This document shows, one piece after another, positions 8,715-15,411 of a stretch of DNA of 54,894 nt. A model generated the notes under the pieces. It saw nothing but the letters and a program-made list of their open reading frames with translations, was not told where the DNA came from and did not search any database. Origin of the DNA: a virus (Duplodnaviria; Caudoviricetes). The stretch spans positions 1 through 54,894 of the IMG/VR virus record IMGVR_UViG_3300031951_000204; one strand, given 5' to 3'. Position numbers and translations under genes: made by a program. Each line of letters opens with the position of its first letter. Positions within the stretch are counted from its first letter, which is position 1.

Positions 8715-9047
8715 TCACTCCCGTTTCTCCACCCGCATCCTCCGCAATTCACCCATGGTTTCCCGGTGCCTCCGCTCCTGTTGCAAGTTCGCCTCAATCG
8801 CCGCTCGCTCTACCTCCAAAGCTGCGGCATCCTCCCGGTCTTGCGCTGCCCACTCGTCGGCAAAGTCCGCCATTCCCCGCGCGGGAGGCAGGCGCGGAAT
8901 AGGGGTGTCGTCGCGCGAGGTTTCCACCTGTTCCAGACGCGCAAGGATGGCGTCATTGACACGGTGTTGCCGTTCCAGTTCCGCGCGTTTCGCGCCATCG
9001 TCACACGCCGCCAGAAAGAGCGGCAAAATCAGGGCAATCGCTTTCAT
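8715..9047 (-). CDS. lipoprotein
   Basis: Signal peptide MKAIALILPLFLAAC with lipobox LAA-C. Confidence 0.7.
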   Translation of the reverse strand: MKAIALILPLFLAACDDGAKRAELERQHRVNDAILARLEQVETSRDDTPIPRLPPARGMADFADEWAAQDREDAAALEVERAAIEANLQQERRHRETMGELRRMRVEKRE

Positions 9048-9068
9048 GCGGTGCCAACCTAACATGCC

Positions 9069-10199
9069 ATGAGCACGGTCGTCAAATACAAGTCAGTCAG
9101 CGTCACGGTCTATCCGTGGACGCATCCCAGCGGGCGTCAGTATTGGCGCTTCAAGAAGCAAGGTAAAGCCGTGACGCGCGCCAGTGAGGAAGCGGCAAAG
9201 CGCGAGGCGTTGGCCTACGCTCGCACTCTCTACCGCGGACACGTCAGCCTGAATGAACTCAGTCCGGACCAGCTTTTGACTGTGAAACAGTTCCTAGAAC
9301 TGACCCCCACCCTTTCCGATGTTCGGGCGTTTGCCGAATGGCGGAAGCGCCACCGGCCACGGGTGCCGTTGTCATTCGCGCAGGCGGATTTCTTGGCAGC
9401 CAAGTCAACTACTGCCGGGCACTACCATCGCCGCAACCTCACGCGCTACTTGTCGCTTCTCGATCCCCTTGCGGATCGTCCCATGTCGGAAATCTGCATA
9501 ACCGACCTCCGGGCAATCCTTCCGGAAGCGGCTCCGCGCACGCTTTCCAACATCCGGCAAACGTGGGTGACGTTCTGGCGGTGGGCGGCGCGCAATGGAA
9601 TGACCGACAAGGACTCCGCGGACCTTCCGGCCTTGCTTGACCTTCCTCCGGTCGTTCACGGCATCCCGGCGATCTACACCGCGGATGAACTCCGGGTGAT
9701 GCTCTCAAACGTGTCCGCTCCATATTTGCCATGGCTGGCATGCGCCGCTTTTTTGGGCATCAGGACTGAGGAAATCGCGCCAATCAAACACAGCGACAAA
9801 CCCCCGCTCGATTGGTCGGATTTCCATTGGGATCGTGGGTTGGTAATTGTTCGGCCCTCAACCTCCAAGACGGGCAGGCGGCGCGTCATTCCCATCCTCC
9901 CGGCGCTTGATGCGTGGTTACGCCCCATCGCCAAGGAGTCCGGGCGCATGGCCCCGCGCATCCCGCCAAGCGCAGGGGAGGGCCGCGCCATGGCGGAAAC
10001 CACACGGCTGGGAAAACTCATTGGTGGATGGAAGCGAAACGCGCTCCGCCATTCGTGGATCACGTTCCGCGCGGCGCTCGTGGGTATAAGCCAAGCTGCC
10101 GGTGAGGCCGGTAACTCGGAGAGCGAAGCCCGGCGCTCCTACGTTGACGCCGCGGGGAAGGATCAAGCGGAGGCGTGGTTCGCCGTGTTCCCCTCGTGA
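9069..10199 (+). CDS. int: tyrosine integrase (phage type)
   Basis: N-terminal arm-binding-like strands; catalytic GIR, SKTG, NALRHS, AGNS...RRSY; attP directly downstream. Confidence 0.92.
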   Translation: MSTVVKYKSVSVTVYPWTHPSGRQYWRFKKQGKAVTRASEEAAKREALAYARTLYRGHVSLNELSPDQLLTVKQFLELTPTLSDVRAFAEWRKRHRPRVPLSFAQADFLAAKSTTAGHYHRRNLTRYLSLLDPLADRPMSEICITDLRAILPEAAPRTLSNIRQTWVTFWRWAARNGMTDKDSADLPALLDLPPVVHGIPAIYTADELRVMLSNVSAPYLPWLACAAFLGIRTEEIAPIKHSDKPPLDWSDFHWDRGLVIVRPSTSKTGRRRVIPILPALDAWLRPIAKESGRMAPRIPPSAGEGRAMAETTRLGKLIGGWKRNALRHSWITFRAALVGISQAAGEAGNSESEARRSYVDAAGKDQAEAWFAVFPS

Positions 10200-10383
10200 C
10201 CCCCTCACCCCTGAAATCCCCACTTAACATGAAGAAATCGAAATCCCATCAAGACACTGAAATCCATCACGTTGACCCACACAACGGAACGTGGTGATCC
10301 CCCGCTATGACGGTTCGATCCCGTCCTCGTGCATTTACTCCTGTATGGGTTTTCCAGCTATGTTCCCCTTGTGATCCCCTCAC
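10186..10383 (+). repeat. integrase arm-type direct repeats flanking the attP core
   Basis: TGTTCCCCTCGTGACCCCCTCAC (10186-10208) vs TGTTCCCCTTGTGATCCCCTCAC (10361-10383), 21/23 identical; partial copy GTGATCCCCC at 10294. Confidence 0.75.
10304..10333 (+). other. attP: attP core, a copy of a host tRNA 3' end (probably tRNA-Leu)
   Basis: T-arm GACGG-TTCGATC-CCGTC followed by acceptor 3' strand CTCGTGC and discriminator A; no 5' half present. Confidence 0.8.
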
Positions 10384-10718
10384 GAGCAAATGCGTTTTCT
10401 CAGCATCACTAAAAACCATGTCCATCCGTGGCTTTTCGATGGCTTCCCTCCGGGCTTTTCGATGGTGATCCGGTCCCGCCTGTCACCGATGCGGACAGTC
10501 CAGCGACGGACGCGCCCGGTTCGGAAGTCGTGCCATTGCAAACAGCCCAAAGCGTCCCCGGTTCGGCGTGGCAGGTTTTCAATCTCAATCTCGGCAAGCG
10601 CGCGGTGGTCAATGTCCAACATGCGCCGTTCTGCTTGCGCCTTTTGCGATGCAATCCCCATTTTCCGCGCCGTTTCGGACGAAAATCGACGCTTACGTTG
10701 CCAGCGGTTCCTTGTCAT
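10380..10718 (-). CDS. basic hypothetical protein
   Basis: Last ORF of the leftward operon before attP. Confidence 0.6.
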   Translation of the reverse strand: MTRNRWQRKRRFSSETARKMGIASQKAQAERRMLDIDHRALAEIEIENLPRRTGDALGCLQWHDFRTGRVRRWTVRIGDRRDRITIEKPGGKPSKSHGWTWFLVMLRKRICS

Positions 10719-10723
10719 TGGTG

Positions 10724-11239
10724 CTATAATAACTTGTTCGCTTTACTGAAAATCACCAGCATCGAGGGGAACGGCGCGGCTTGGATGTCCTTGAACCGTT
10801 TCGTGTAGTCCGCTGGTGAGACGTGGCCTTCGTTGAAGCGCAGGCGGCCCTTGAAGAATCGGATTTCATCGGCCTTTAGCGCGTGTTCGTGGAACCATCT
10901 TGTGTCTGTCCTTGCTGGTAGCAGGAAGACGGCGACATCCGCCTCGGGACCTTTGGCCAGCCAGACGCCAATCGTCCGGCCATACGGCGGGTTGCAATAG
11001 ACTCTCTGACCATCCCATCGGATTGCCGTCCCGTCCCACACTTGCCCAGGTTTGCACGGGTCGAGCGTGAATCCGAACTCTGCATCGAGAGCGGCGTAGA
11101 GATCCGGCGGCGTTCCCCATTCGACGTGAGCGGCCTTGAAGCAGGCGTGATCCCTCGAAGAAAGCGAACAAGGCATCGCACCCAATGACTGCCCGGCGGC
11201 AGTTTCAGGTGGATTCGGAGCGTCAGGGCGGGCAGTCAT
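10724..11239 (-). CDS. phage Dam-family DNA N6-adenine methyltransferase (cassette 1)
   Basis: EWGTP, FTLDPC, YCNPPY, LLPARTDTRWFH, FKGRLRF, APFPS. Confidence 0.9.
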   Translation of the reverse strand: MTARPDAPNPPETAAGQSLGAMPCSLSSRDHACFKAAHVEWGTPPDLYAALDAEFGFTLDPCKPGQVWDGTAIRWDGQRVYCNPPYGRTIGVWLAKGPEADVAVFLLPARTDTRWFHEHALKADEIRFFKGRLRFNEGHVSPADYTKRFKDIQAAPFPSMLVIFSKANKLL

Positions 11240-11260
11240 GGGTGGATTTTGTCGTTCGAT
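11163..11260 (+). repeat. attC: attC site 1
   Basis: AGCGAAC...ATC-g-CACCCA-a-TGACTGCCCG // CGGGCAGTCATGGGTGGAT...GTTCGAT. Confidence 0.85.
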
Positions 11261-11571
11261 GGACTGAGTTCCGGGGTGATGTCGGCACGGCACCCAAGGC
11301 AGATCCACATGCCCACGCCGTTTAGTTCGTGGCCCATGTTGTGCGGGCATTCTTCCTCCATCGGTTCCATGACGTAGGCTGCCTTTCCGTCATCGCGGAG
11401 GGTGATCAGCAGGTATGCGATTCCTCGATCCTTCATCACCTTGGCGATGGGCTTGATGAAGGCGGCTTCCCATGCTTTTTTGTTGTTCACATCTTTGCTC
11501 ATATTGTTGCGGAGTTGGTTGGTAATTCGGCCATCGAACAAGGTCGGTGCTGGCAACCGCGATAACGTCAT
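11236..11571 (-). CDS. hypothetical protein with CxH..CxxC motif (cassette 2)
   Basis: ATGA-coupled at both ends inside attC sites; alternative start at 11502. Confidence 0.65.
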   Translation of the reverse strand: MTLSRLPAPTLFDGRITNQLRNNMSKDVNNKKAWEAAFIKPIAKVMKDRGIAYLLITLRDDGKAAYVMEPMEEECPHNMGHELNGVGMWICLGCRADITPELSPSNDKIHP

Positions 11572-11622
11572 TCGTGCTCTTCGGGCTTCCCTGGCGCGGT
11601 TGCCAGACCTCGTTCGTTGTAT
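11533..11622 (+). repeat. attC: attC site 2
   Basis: ATCGAAC...GGT-g-CTGGCAACCGCG // CGCGGTTGCCAGACC...GTTGTAT. Confidence 0.8.
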
Positions 11623-11674
11623 GCACTGCGTCCGCTCGTTTCATCAGCGGATTGCGTCAGCGATTCATTGGCTT

Positions 11675-11857
11675 TCAGAGTCTCATTCTGCGGAGTTTTT
11701 CCGCGAGGAATGCGCCCCGCGATTGGTCGCCGCGCAGTGTATCCAGCTTTTCCCACAGTTCGGGCGGTAGCGTGATGCTCGACGTGATGACCGCGTTTTC
11801 CTTTGGCTTTCGCCCGGAGCCTTCGCGTTTGCCTCCGCGTTTCACTTTCGGTTCCAT
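11675..11857 (-). CDS. CopG/RHH-like regulator with RGGKREGSGRKP hook (cassette 3)
   Basis: SITLPPELWEKLDTL...SRGAFL pattern. Confidence 0.7.
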   Translation of the reverse strand: MEPKVKRGGKREGSGRKPKENAVITSSITLPPELWEKLDTLRGDQSRGAFLAEKLRRMRL

Positions 11858-12069
11858 TGCTCCCACCCTTCCTTTGCGGATTCAGCCGATGGACCGTAGA
11901 AGATTGGAGTGCTTCCGGGGTGGTTGCGCTCGATCCATCTTTCGAGGTCATACGCGGCCAGTTCCCACGAGTCGTGATCGCTGACGCAATCCGTATTCCG
12001 GCCCTTGAAGTGGTAGCGCGGACCGTAGTTGGTCCACATGGCTTTGATTCTGATTTCATTGTTTTTCAT
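11842..12069 (-). CDS. hypothetical protein (cassette 3)
   Basis: Directly preceded by a sigma70-like promoter. Confidence 0.6.
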   Translation of the reverse strand: MKNNEIRIKAMWTNYGPRYHFKGRNTDCVSDHDSWELAAYDLERWIERNHPGSTPIFYGPSAESAKEGWEQWNRK

Positions 12070-12078
12070 GGCGGAGCT

Positions 12079-12107
12079 ACGCTACCGCTTGCGTTTGATT
12101 TCGTCAA
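12079..12107 (-). promoter_or_regulatory. internal promoter in cassette 3
   Basis: TTGACG-17 nt-TAGCGT, 9 nt before ATG 12069. Confidence 0.55.
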
Positions 12108-12115
12108 CAGGTTTT

Positions 12116-12715
12116 TCATTCTTCCGCGAAGTCCATTTCGCCTTGCTGAGATACCATCCGCTCCGCGAGACAGATTGTGTCGTTGTGGTCGCCGCCGTGG
12201 CAGACGAGCATGGTTTCCAGCGTTTCCCATCCCGGCCCCATCCCTACGGAGTTCCATCCGAAGGACAGCACCACCGTTCCCGGTGTCGCCAGTTGCCGCA
12301 TGAGGATACGGCATTCCTTTTTCATGCGGGCGGTTTGGGTGTCCTTCATGGTGGCAGTCAGCCCGAGTTCCGAATACACCTCCGACACTTGGCGCGGGCT
12401 GTATGGAGGGTCGAAGATTATCAGGTCGGCTTTCACTCCATCGGCTACCATCTTCCGCATGAAGTCGCGGGCTTCCATGTGGTGTTCCGCTTCCGTGTTC
12501 GGGTTCATGTCGTTGGTGTGAGTCGCCCACCGCTTATTCCGCGCGAAGGGGTCGATAGACACTTTCGAGTGGCGAAGGTATCGCTTCACCATGTCGCCCA
12601 TTGGCGGCACTGAGAAGGTATCAGCGGACGGCATAGCCCACACACGGCGGAAGTATGATTCAGGAAGAGAAGAGATGGCGGAAGATGATGGCATACAACA
12701 AGGGAGTGATGGCAA
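12116..12715 (-). CDS. adenine-specific DNA methyltransferase (cassette 3)
   Basis: WAMPSADTF, IDPFA, FDPPYSPRQ, SFGWNSVGMG, HGGDHNDTI. Confidence 0.85.
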   Translation of the reverse strand: MPSLPCCMPSSSAISSLPESYFRRVWAMPSADTFSVPPMGDMVKRYLRHSKVSIDPFARNKRWATHTNDMNPNTEAEHHMEARDFMRKMVADGVKADLIIFDPPYSPRQVSEVYSELGLTATMKDTQTARMKKECRILMRQLATPGTVVLSFGWNSVGMGPGWETLETMLVCHGGDHNDTICLAERMVSQQGEMDFAEE

Positions 12716-12794
12716 CGGGAACTAGCCGTTCAAGTCGGTGGCGGATTCGGAGTCCTGCGCGGCTAGTCCCCGCGCCATACCCCCAGCGTTCGGC
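12693..12794 (+). repeat. attC: attC site 3
   Basis: ATACAAC...GT-g-ATGGCA-a-CGGGAACTAGCCG // CGGCTAGTCCCCGCGCCATAC...GTTCGGC. Confidence 0.85.
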
Positions 12795-13057
12795 GAATTG
12801 CCGTAGAGTTCGCGAACACATTCGGTCAGCCGTGTCAGCATCATTTGCATTTTGATGGTTTCGATTCGCTCCATAGATTCGGCGGTGAGGATGTCCTCGC
12901 CGTATTCCTCGCGGACCTCGACTGAGATTTCTCGCGTCTTGATTCCTTGTCCCGGTTTGATTTCGGGGCAGATGATTGTGAATGGCACGTATTTCGCCGA
13001 ACCAGGCGCTGCAGGCAACAGCCGCCCCGCTTCTACGTTCGATGTTTCTTGGTTCAT
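12722..13057 (-). CDS. hypothetical protein (cassette 4)
   Basis: Starts inside attC4 and ends inside attC3. Confidence 0.65.
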   Translation of the reverse strand: MNQETSNVEAGRLLPAAPGSAKYVPFTIICPEIKPGQGIKTREISVEVREEYGEDILTAESMERIETIKMQMMLTRLTECVRELYGNSPNAGGMARGLAAQDSESATDLNG

Positions 13058-13120
13058 TGGTTGTCTCCTTTGCGCTCAGGCGTTGCCGTCGGCGGCTGTG
13101 CCTGAGCTTGGTCGTTCCGG
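12996..13120 (+). repeat. attC: attC site 4
   Basis: GCCGAAC...GCT-g-CAGGCA-a-CAGCCGCC // GGCGGCTGTGCCTGAGC...GTTCCGG. Confidence 0.9.
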
Positions 13121-13123
13121 CAA

Positions 13124-13345
13124 CTAATCCCGCCATGGGAAGTCGTAGTGGCCAGTCTCGGCAATGAGGATGAAGCGCATCGCCAGTTCCGTTTCGCGGG
13201 AGATTTCCCCCGTCCCGGACTCGCGGCGACTGACAGTTTCGCGGGTGACGCCAAGGTAGTCCGCGAGTCGTTGCTGATTCCAGCCGACAGCCTTGCGGAT
13301 TTCCATGATGTCTCTTTGGTCGATTCGTGGTGGTGTTTTAGCCAT
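13124..13345 (-). CDS. XRE/HTH_3 transcriptional regulator (cassette 5); frame is open up to ATG 13486
   Basis: IRKAVGWNQQRLADYLGVTRETVSRRESG. Confidence 0.85.
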   Translation of the reverse strand: MAKTPPRIDQRDIMEIRKAVGWNQQRLADYLGVTRETVSRRESGTGEISRETELAMRFILIAETGHYDFPWRD

Positions 13346-13351
13346 GCGCGG

Positions 13352-13405
13352 AATGTGCGCTTTCCGCACACGGAATGCAAGCGCAAAGTGTGCGGATTTC
13401 TCACA
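13352..13405 (-). promoter_or_regulatory. promoter with two palindromic operators in cassette 5
   Basis: TTGCAT-17-CACATT; 17-bp TGTG-N9-CACA boxes at 13354-13370 and 13389-13405. Confidence 0.6.
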
Positions 13406-13415
13406 ATCAACCGCG

Positions 13416-13503
13416 CCGGAACAAGTCGCTGGATGGAACGCCGAGGAGCGTCCTTCTTGAAGCGGAGATTTAGGGTCGGCGTCCATGAGCTTATGCGTTG
13501 TGC
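13416..13503 (+). repeat. attC: attC site 5
   Basis: CCGGAAC...GCT-g-GATGGA-a-CGCCGA // TCGGCGTCCATGAGC...GTTGTGC. Confidence 0.85.
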
Positions 13504-13898
13504 GAAAGAATCAGCATCGCGTGAGTCGGTTCCCCGACCAGTCCAGCTCGGCTCGGGTGAGGGTCATGCATCAGCCCATCGTCGTTCCACAGGACGGCAT
13601 GAGCCTTTTCCCTTGGCGACGTTCCGCGAGCGATTACAGCGCCGCCGATCCACGCGGGCATGTCGCGCCACTCGATCATCATCATTCGCAAGCCACGGGC
13701 GTTCAGAAAGTCCGAGACGTTGTGATAGAATTTCCCCGAGTTCGGATCTTCCCGGTCGGTAAAGTCCGGAACATCGTCTTGGGGCAGTTTGAGCAGCCAT
13801 GAGAGGCACGCTGAGAAACAGTCAGAGTCCGTCCGTTGCGTCGGCAAAGACGCACAACAAGGGAGTGGATTCGACCCGGTGGAGCTTTCCAATTTCAT
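13491..13898 (-). CDS. papain/C39-like cysteine-fold protein (cassette 6)
   Basis: Q..DSDCFSAC ... HAVL ... HDPHP, a Cys-His-Asp arrangement. Confidence 0.6.
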   Translation of the reverse strand: MKLESSTGSNPLPCCASLPTQRTDSDCFSACLSWLLKLPQDDVPDFTDREDPNSGKFYHNVSDFLNARGLRMMMIEWRDMPAWIGGAVIARGTSPREKAHAVLWNDDGLMHDPHPSRAGLVGEPTHAMLILSHNA

Positions 13899-13946
13899 TT
13901 CAGTTACGGTTCAGTTTCTCCGGGCGCATCACTCCCAGCGTTAGCC
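13852..13946 (+). repeat. attC: attC site 6
   Basis: GCACAAC...GGGAGT-g-GATTCG-a-CCCGG // CCGGGCGCATCACTCCC...GTTAGCC. Confidence 0.85.
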
Positions 13947-14171
13947 AAAGTAAACATCTCCATGTTCATCGACTTTAGGTTTTCTCAAGTCCACCGCGAC
14001 AATGACTCCGTTCCACAGAATACCTTTTCCGGCAATCCATTCGGCGTCATCGCCCTCGGCGGGTTTCTGGTCGCGTGGCCATTCAAACGCCATAGCGCAT
14101 TCTCCATCGTCAAGAAGAACGTCCCAGCAGTAGGGCTTCCAGTCGAATACAGCACTGATTTTTCCTTTCAT
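13941..14171 (-). CDS. hypothetical protein (cassette 7)
   Basis: Stop codon TAA lies within the core box. Confidence 0.65.
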   Translation of the reverse strand: MKGKISAVFDWKPYCWDVLLDDGECAMAFEWPRDQKPAEGDDAEWIAGKGILWNGVIVAVDLRKPKVDEHGDVYFG

Positions 14172-14180
14172 AATTCAAGA

Positions 14181-14267
14181 GGCTAACAAGTCGTGCGAGG
14201 CAACGCCGATAGCGTCGGTGGTGAGTTCGGGCTTCATTCGCGACGTGCCTCCATTTGGACGTTCAAA
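14181..14267 (+). repeat. attC: attC site 7
   Basis: GGCTAAC...GTG-c-GAGGCA-a-CG // CGTGCCTCCAT...GTTCAAA. Confidence 0.75.
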
Positions 14268-14539
14268 AAATTCTCAGGATTGATCCTGCCGCGCTCCGCG
14301 TCAGAAAGCTCCGGCGATTTCCATCCATGCAGGCGCGCGTATTCTCGCAATGACAGGTCAAGCCGTTCGCGCTTTTGCCGAAGTATCTCACCCCGCTTCA
14401 TCCACTCACGCATGATTTCAAGGCATTGGCCTGACCCGTGGCATCGGGCGCACGGGATGTCACGGAAAGCGGTATTGGTTGCGGCGGGGGCGCTTATTCC
14501 CGTGCCGTTGCAATCCCAGCATGTTGTTGTTGCTGTCAT
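14234..14539 (-). CDS. DnaJ-type zinc finger + XRE HTH protein
   Basis: CWDCNGTG..CARCHGSG, then GEILRQKRERLDLSLREYA...LSDAERG. Confidence 0.75.
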   Translation of the reverse strand: MTATTTCWDCNGTGISAPAATNTAFRDIPCARCHGSGQCLEIMREWMKRGEILRQKRERLDLSLREYARLHGWKSPELSDAERGRINPENFLNVQMEARRE

Positions 14540-14835
14540 GGGTTGAAGGTTCCGATGGATTGGTATTCGTGTTGCTCTTGCTCGATGTCGTCCAGTGGGC
14601 GAAACCTCCGCGGGTCAAAGCCGCACTCTCCCCACTGTTTGCGGTGTGGAGGCGGCGGGTTGCGGACCTCGCGCAGCAGGATCGCGCACGTTTCGGCTCC
14701 GGCCCATTCTTGCGCTGGGATCACGTCGCGCACGGTGTAAACCTTTCCCTCACGCGGAAGGTTCTTCATGTAGTTGAGAACGGCATCAGGAAAAGCGCCA
14801 TTCACGCACACGACTTTTTGCCCTACGTCAAACAT
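14536..14835 (-). CDS. SH3/KOW-like hypothetical protein
   Basis: MFDVGQKVVCV...YTVRDV...FDPRRFRP. Confidence 0.65.
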   Translation of the reverse strand: MFDVGQKVVCVNGAFPDAVLNYMKNLPREGKVYTVRDVIPAQEWAGAETCAILLREVRNPPPPHRKQWGECGFDPRRFRPLDDIEQEQHEYQSIGTFNP

Positions 14836-15199
14836 GGCGGACCTCCTTCCATGCGTCCAACATTCCACACTCGCATGCATGCCCTTCCCCGATCCGGGCC
14901 GGGCAGTTCAGCCCGTGGCGCATGAATGACTCGGCGCGTTTCAGCAATGACAGGAACTTGTCACGCTCTTGAATCATCCTCACGGCTTCATCCGCCACCG
15001 TGCGCCCGATGATTGTGTCGGGATGCTCGCGGACGATCCTATCTATTTCGGTCCACCATTCGTTGACTTTCAAGTGACCGGCTTTCCATGCGGCGAGGTT
15101 GTCGCGCTCTTTCTCGATCCGGTCCACGTCCTCACTCGTCAACACGAGCGGTATCGTCCGCCGCCCCATCTTGCCGTAAAGTTTTCCGATGTAGTTCAT
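14828..15199 (-). CDS. hypothetical protein
   Basis: ATGA-coupled start at 15199. Confidence 0.6.
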   Translation of the reverse strand: MNYIGKLYGKMGRRTIPLVLTSEDVDRIEKERDNLAAWKAGHLKVNEWWTEIDRIVREHPDTIIGRTVADEAVRMIQERDKFLSLLKRAESFMRHGLNCPARIGEGHACECGMLDAWKEVRHV

Positions 15200-15411
15200 T
15201 GCATCTCCCCCTTTCCAGTCCCGCCACAAGCCGGACACGGGGCAAAGCAAGCGTGTCCCTCTCCACAACTTCCCGGTCCATCCAGCGCAATACCGCTTGC
15301 GACGTGGCCTTGCCCTTGGCAATTCCGGCAAGCGGTTTCCTCCGCGGCGCGCTCAAGGTATCTGGCGGCAGCACGCTTGGCTAATTCGCGTTCTTTGTCG
15401 GTTAATCTCAT
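15196..15411 (-). CDS. DnaJ-type zinc-finger protein
   Basis: CRNCQGQG...CPACGGTG. Confidence 0.65.
   Translation of the reverse strand: MRLTDKERELAKRAAARYLERAAEETACRNCQGQGHVASGIALDGPGSCGEGHACFAPCPACGGTGKGEMQ

Larger units (their letters stand above)
10736..14267 (+). mobile_element. array of seven integron-type gene cassettes (CALIN-like; no IntI in the window)
   Basis: Seven attC sites; each cassette's starting GTT box is the exact reverse complement (7-10 bp) of its own terminal AAC box. Confidence 0.9.

Noticed and set aside
9069-10199. Integrase as the integron integrase (IntI) for the array
   Set aside because: The segment between SKTG and LRHS is only about 55 aa and lacks the IntI-specific insertion. 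The gene has its own tRNA-type attP with arm repeats, and its 3' end faces the array. Activity on attC is unlikely, though untested.
10270-10340. Complete tRNA gene
   Set aside because: Only the T-arm and 3' acceptor strand are present; there is no matching 5' GCACGAG or D-arm.
11163-14267. CRISPR array, REP elements or terminators
   Set aside because: The repeats are not identical, the spacers are whole genes and there are no U tracts. The core boxes and extrahelical bases fit attC.
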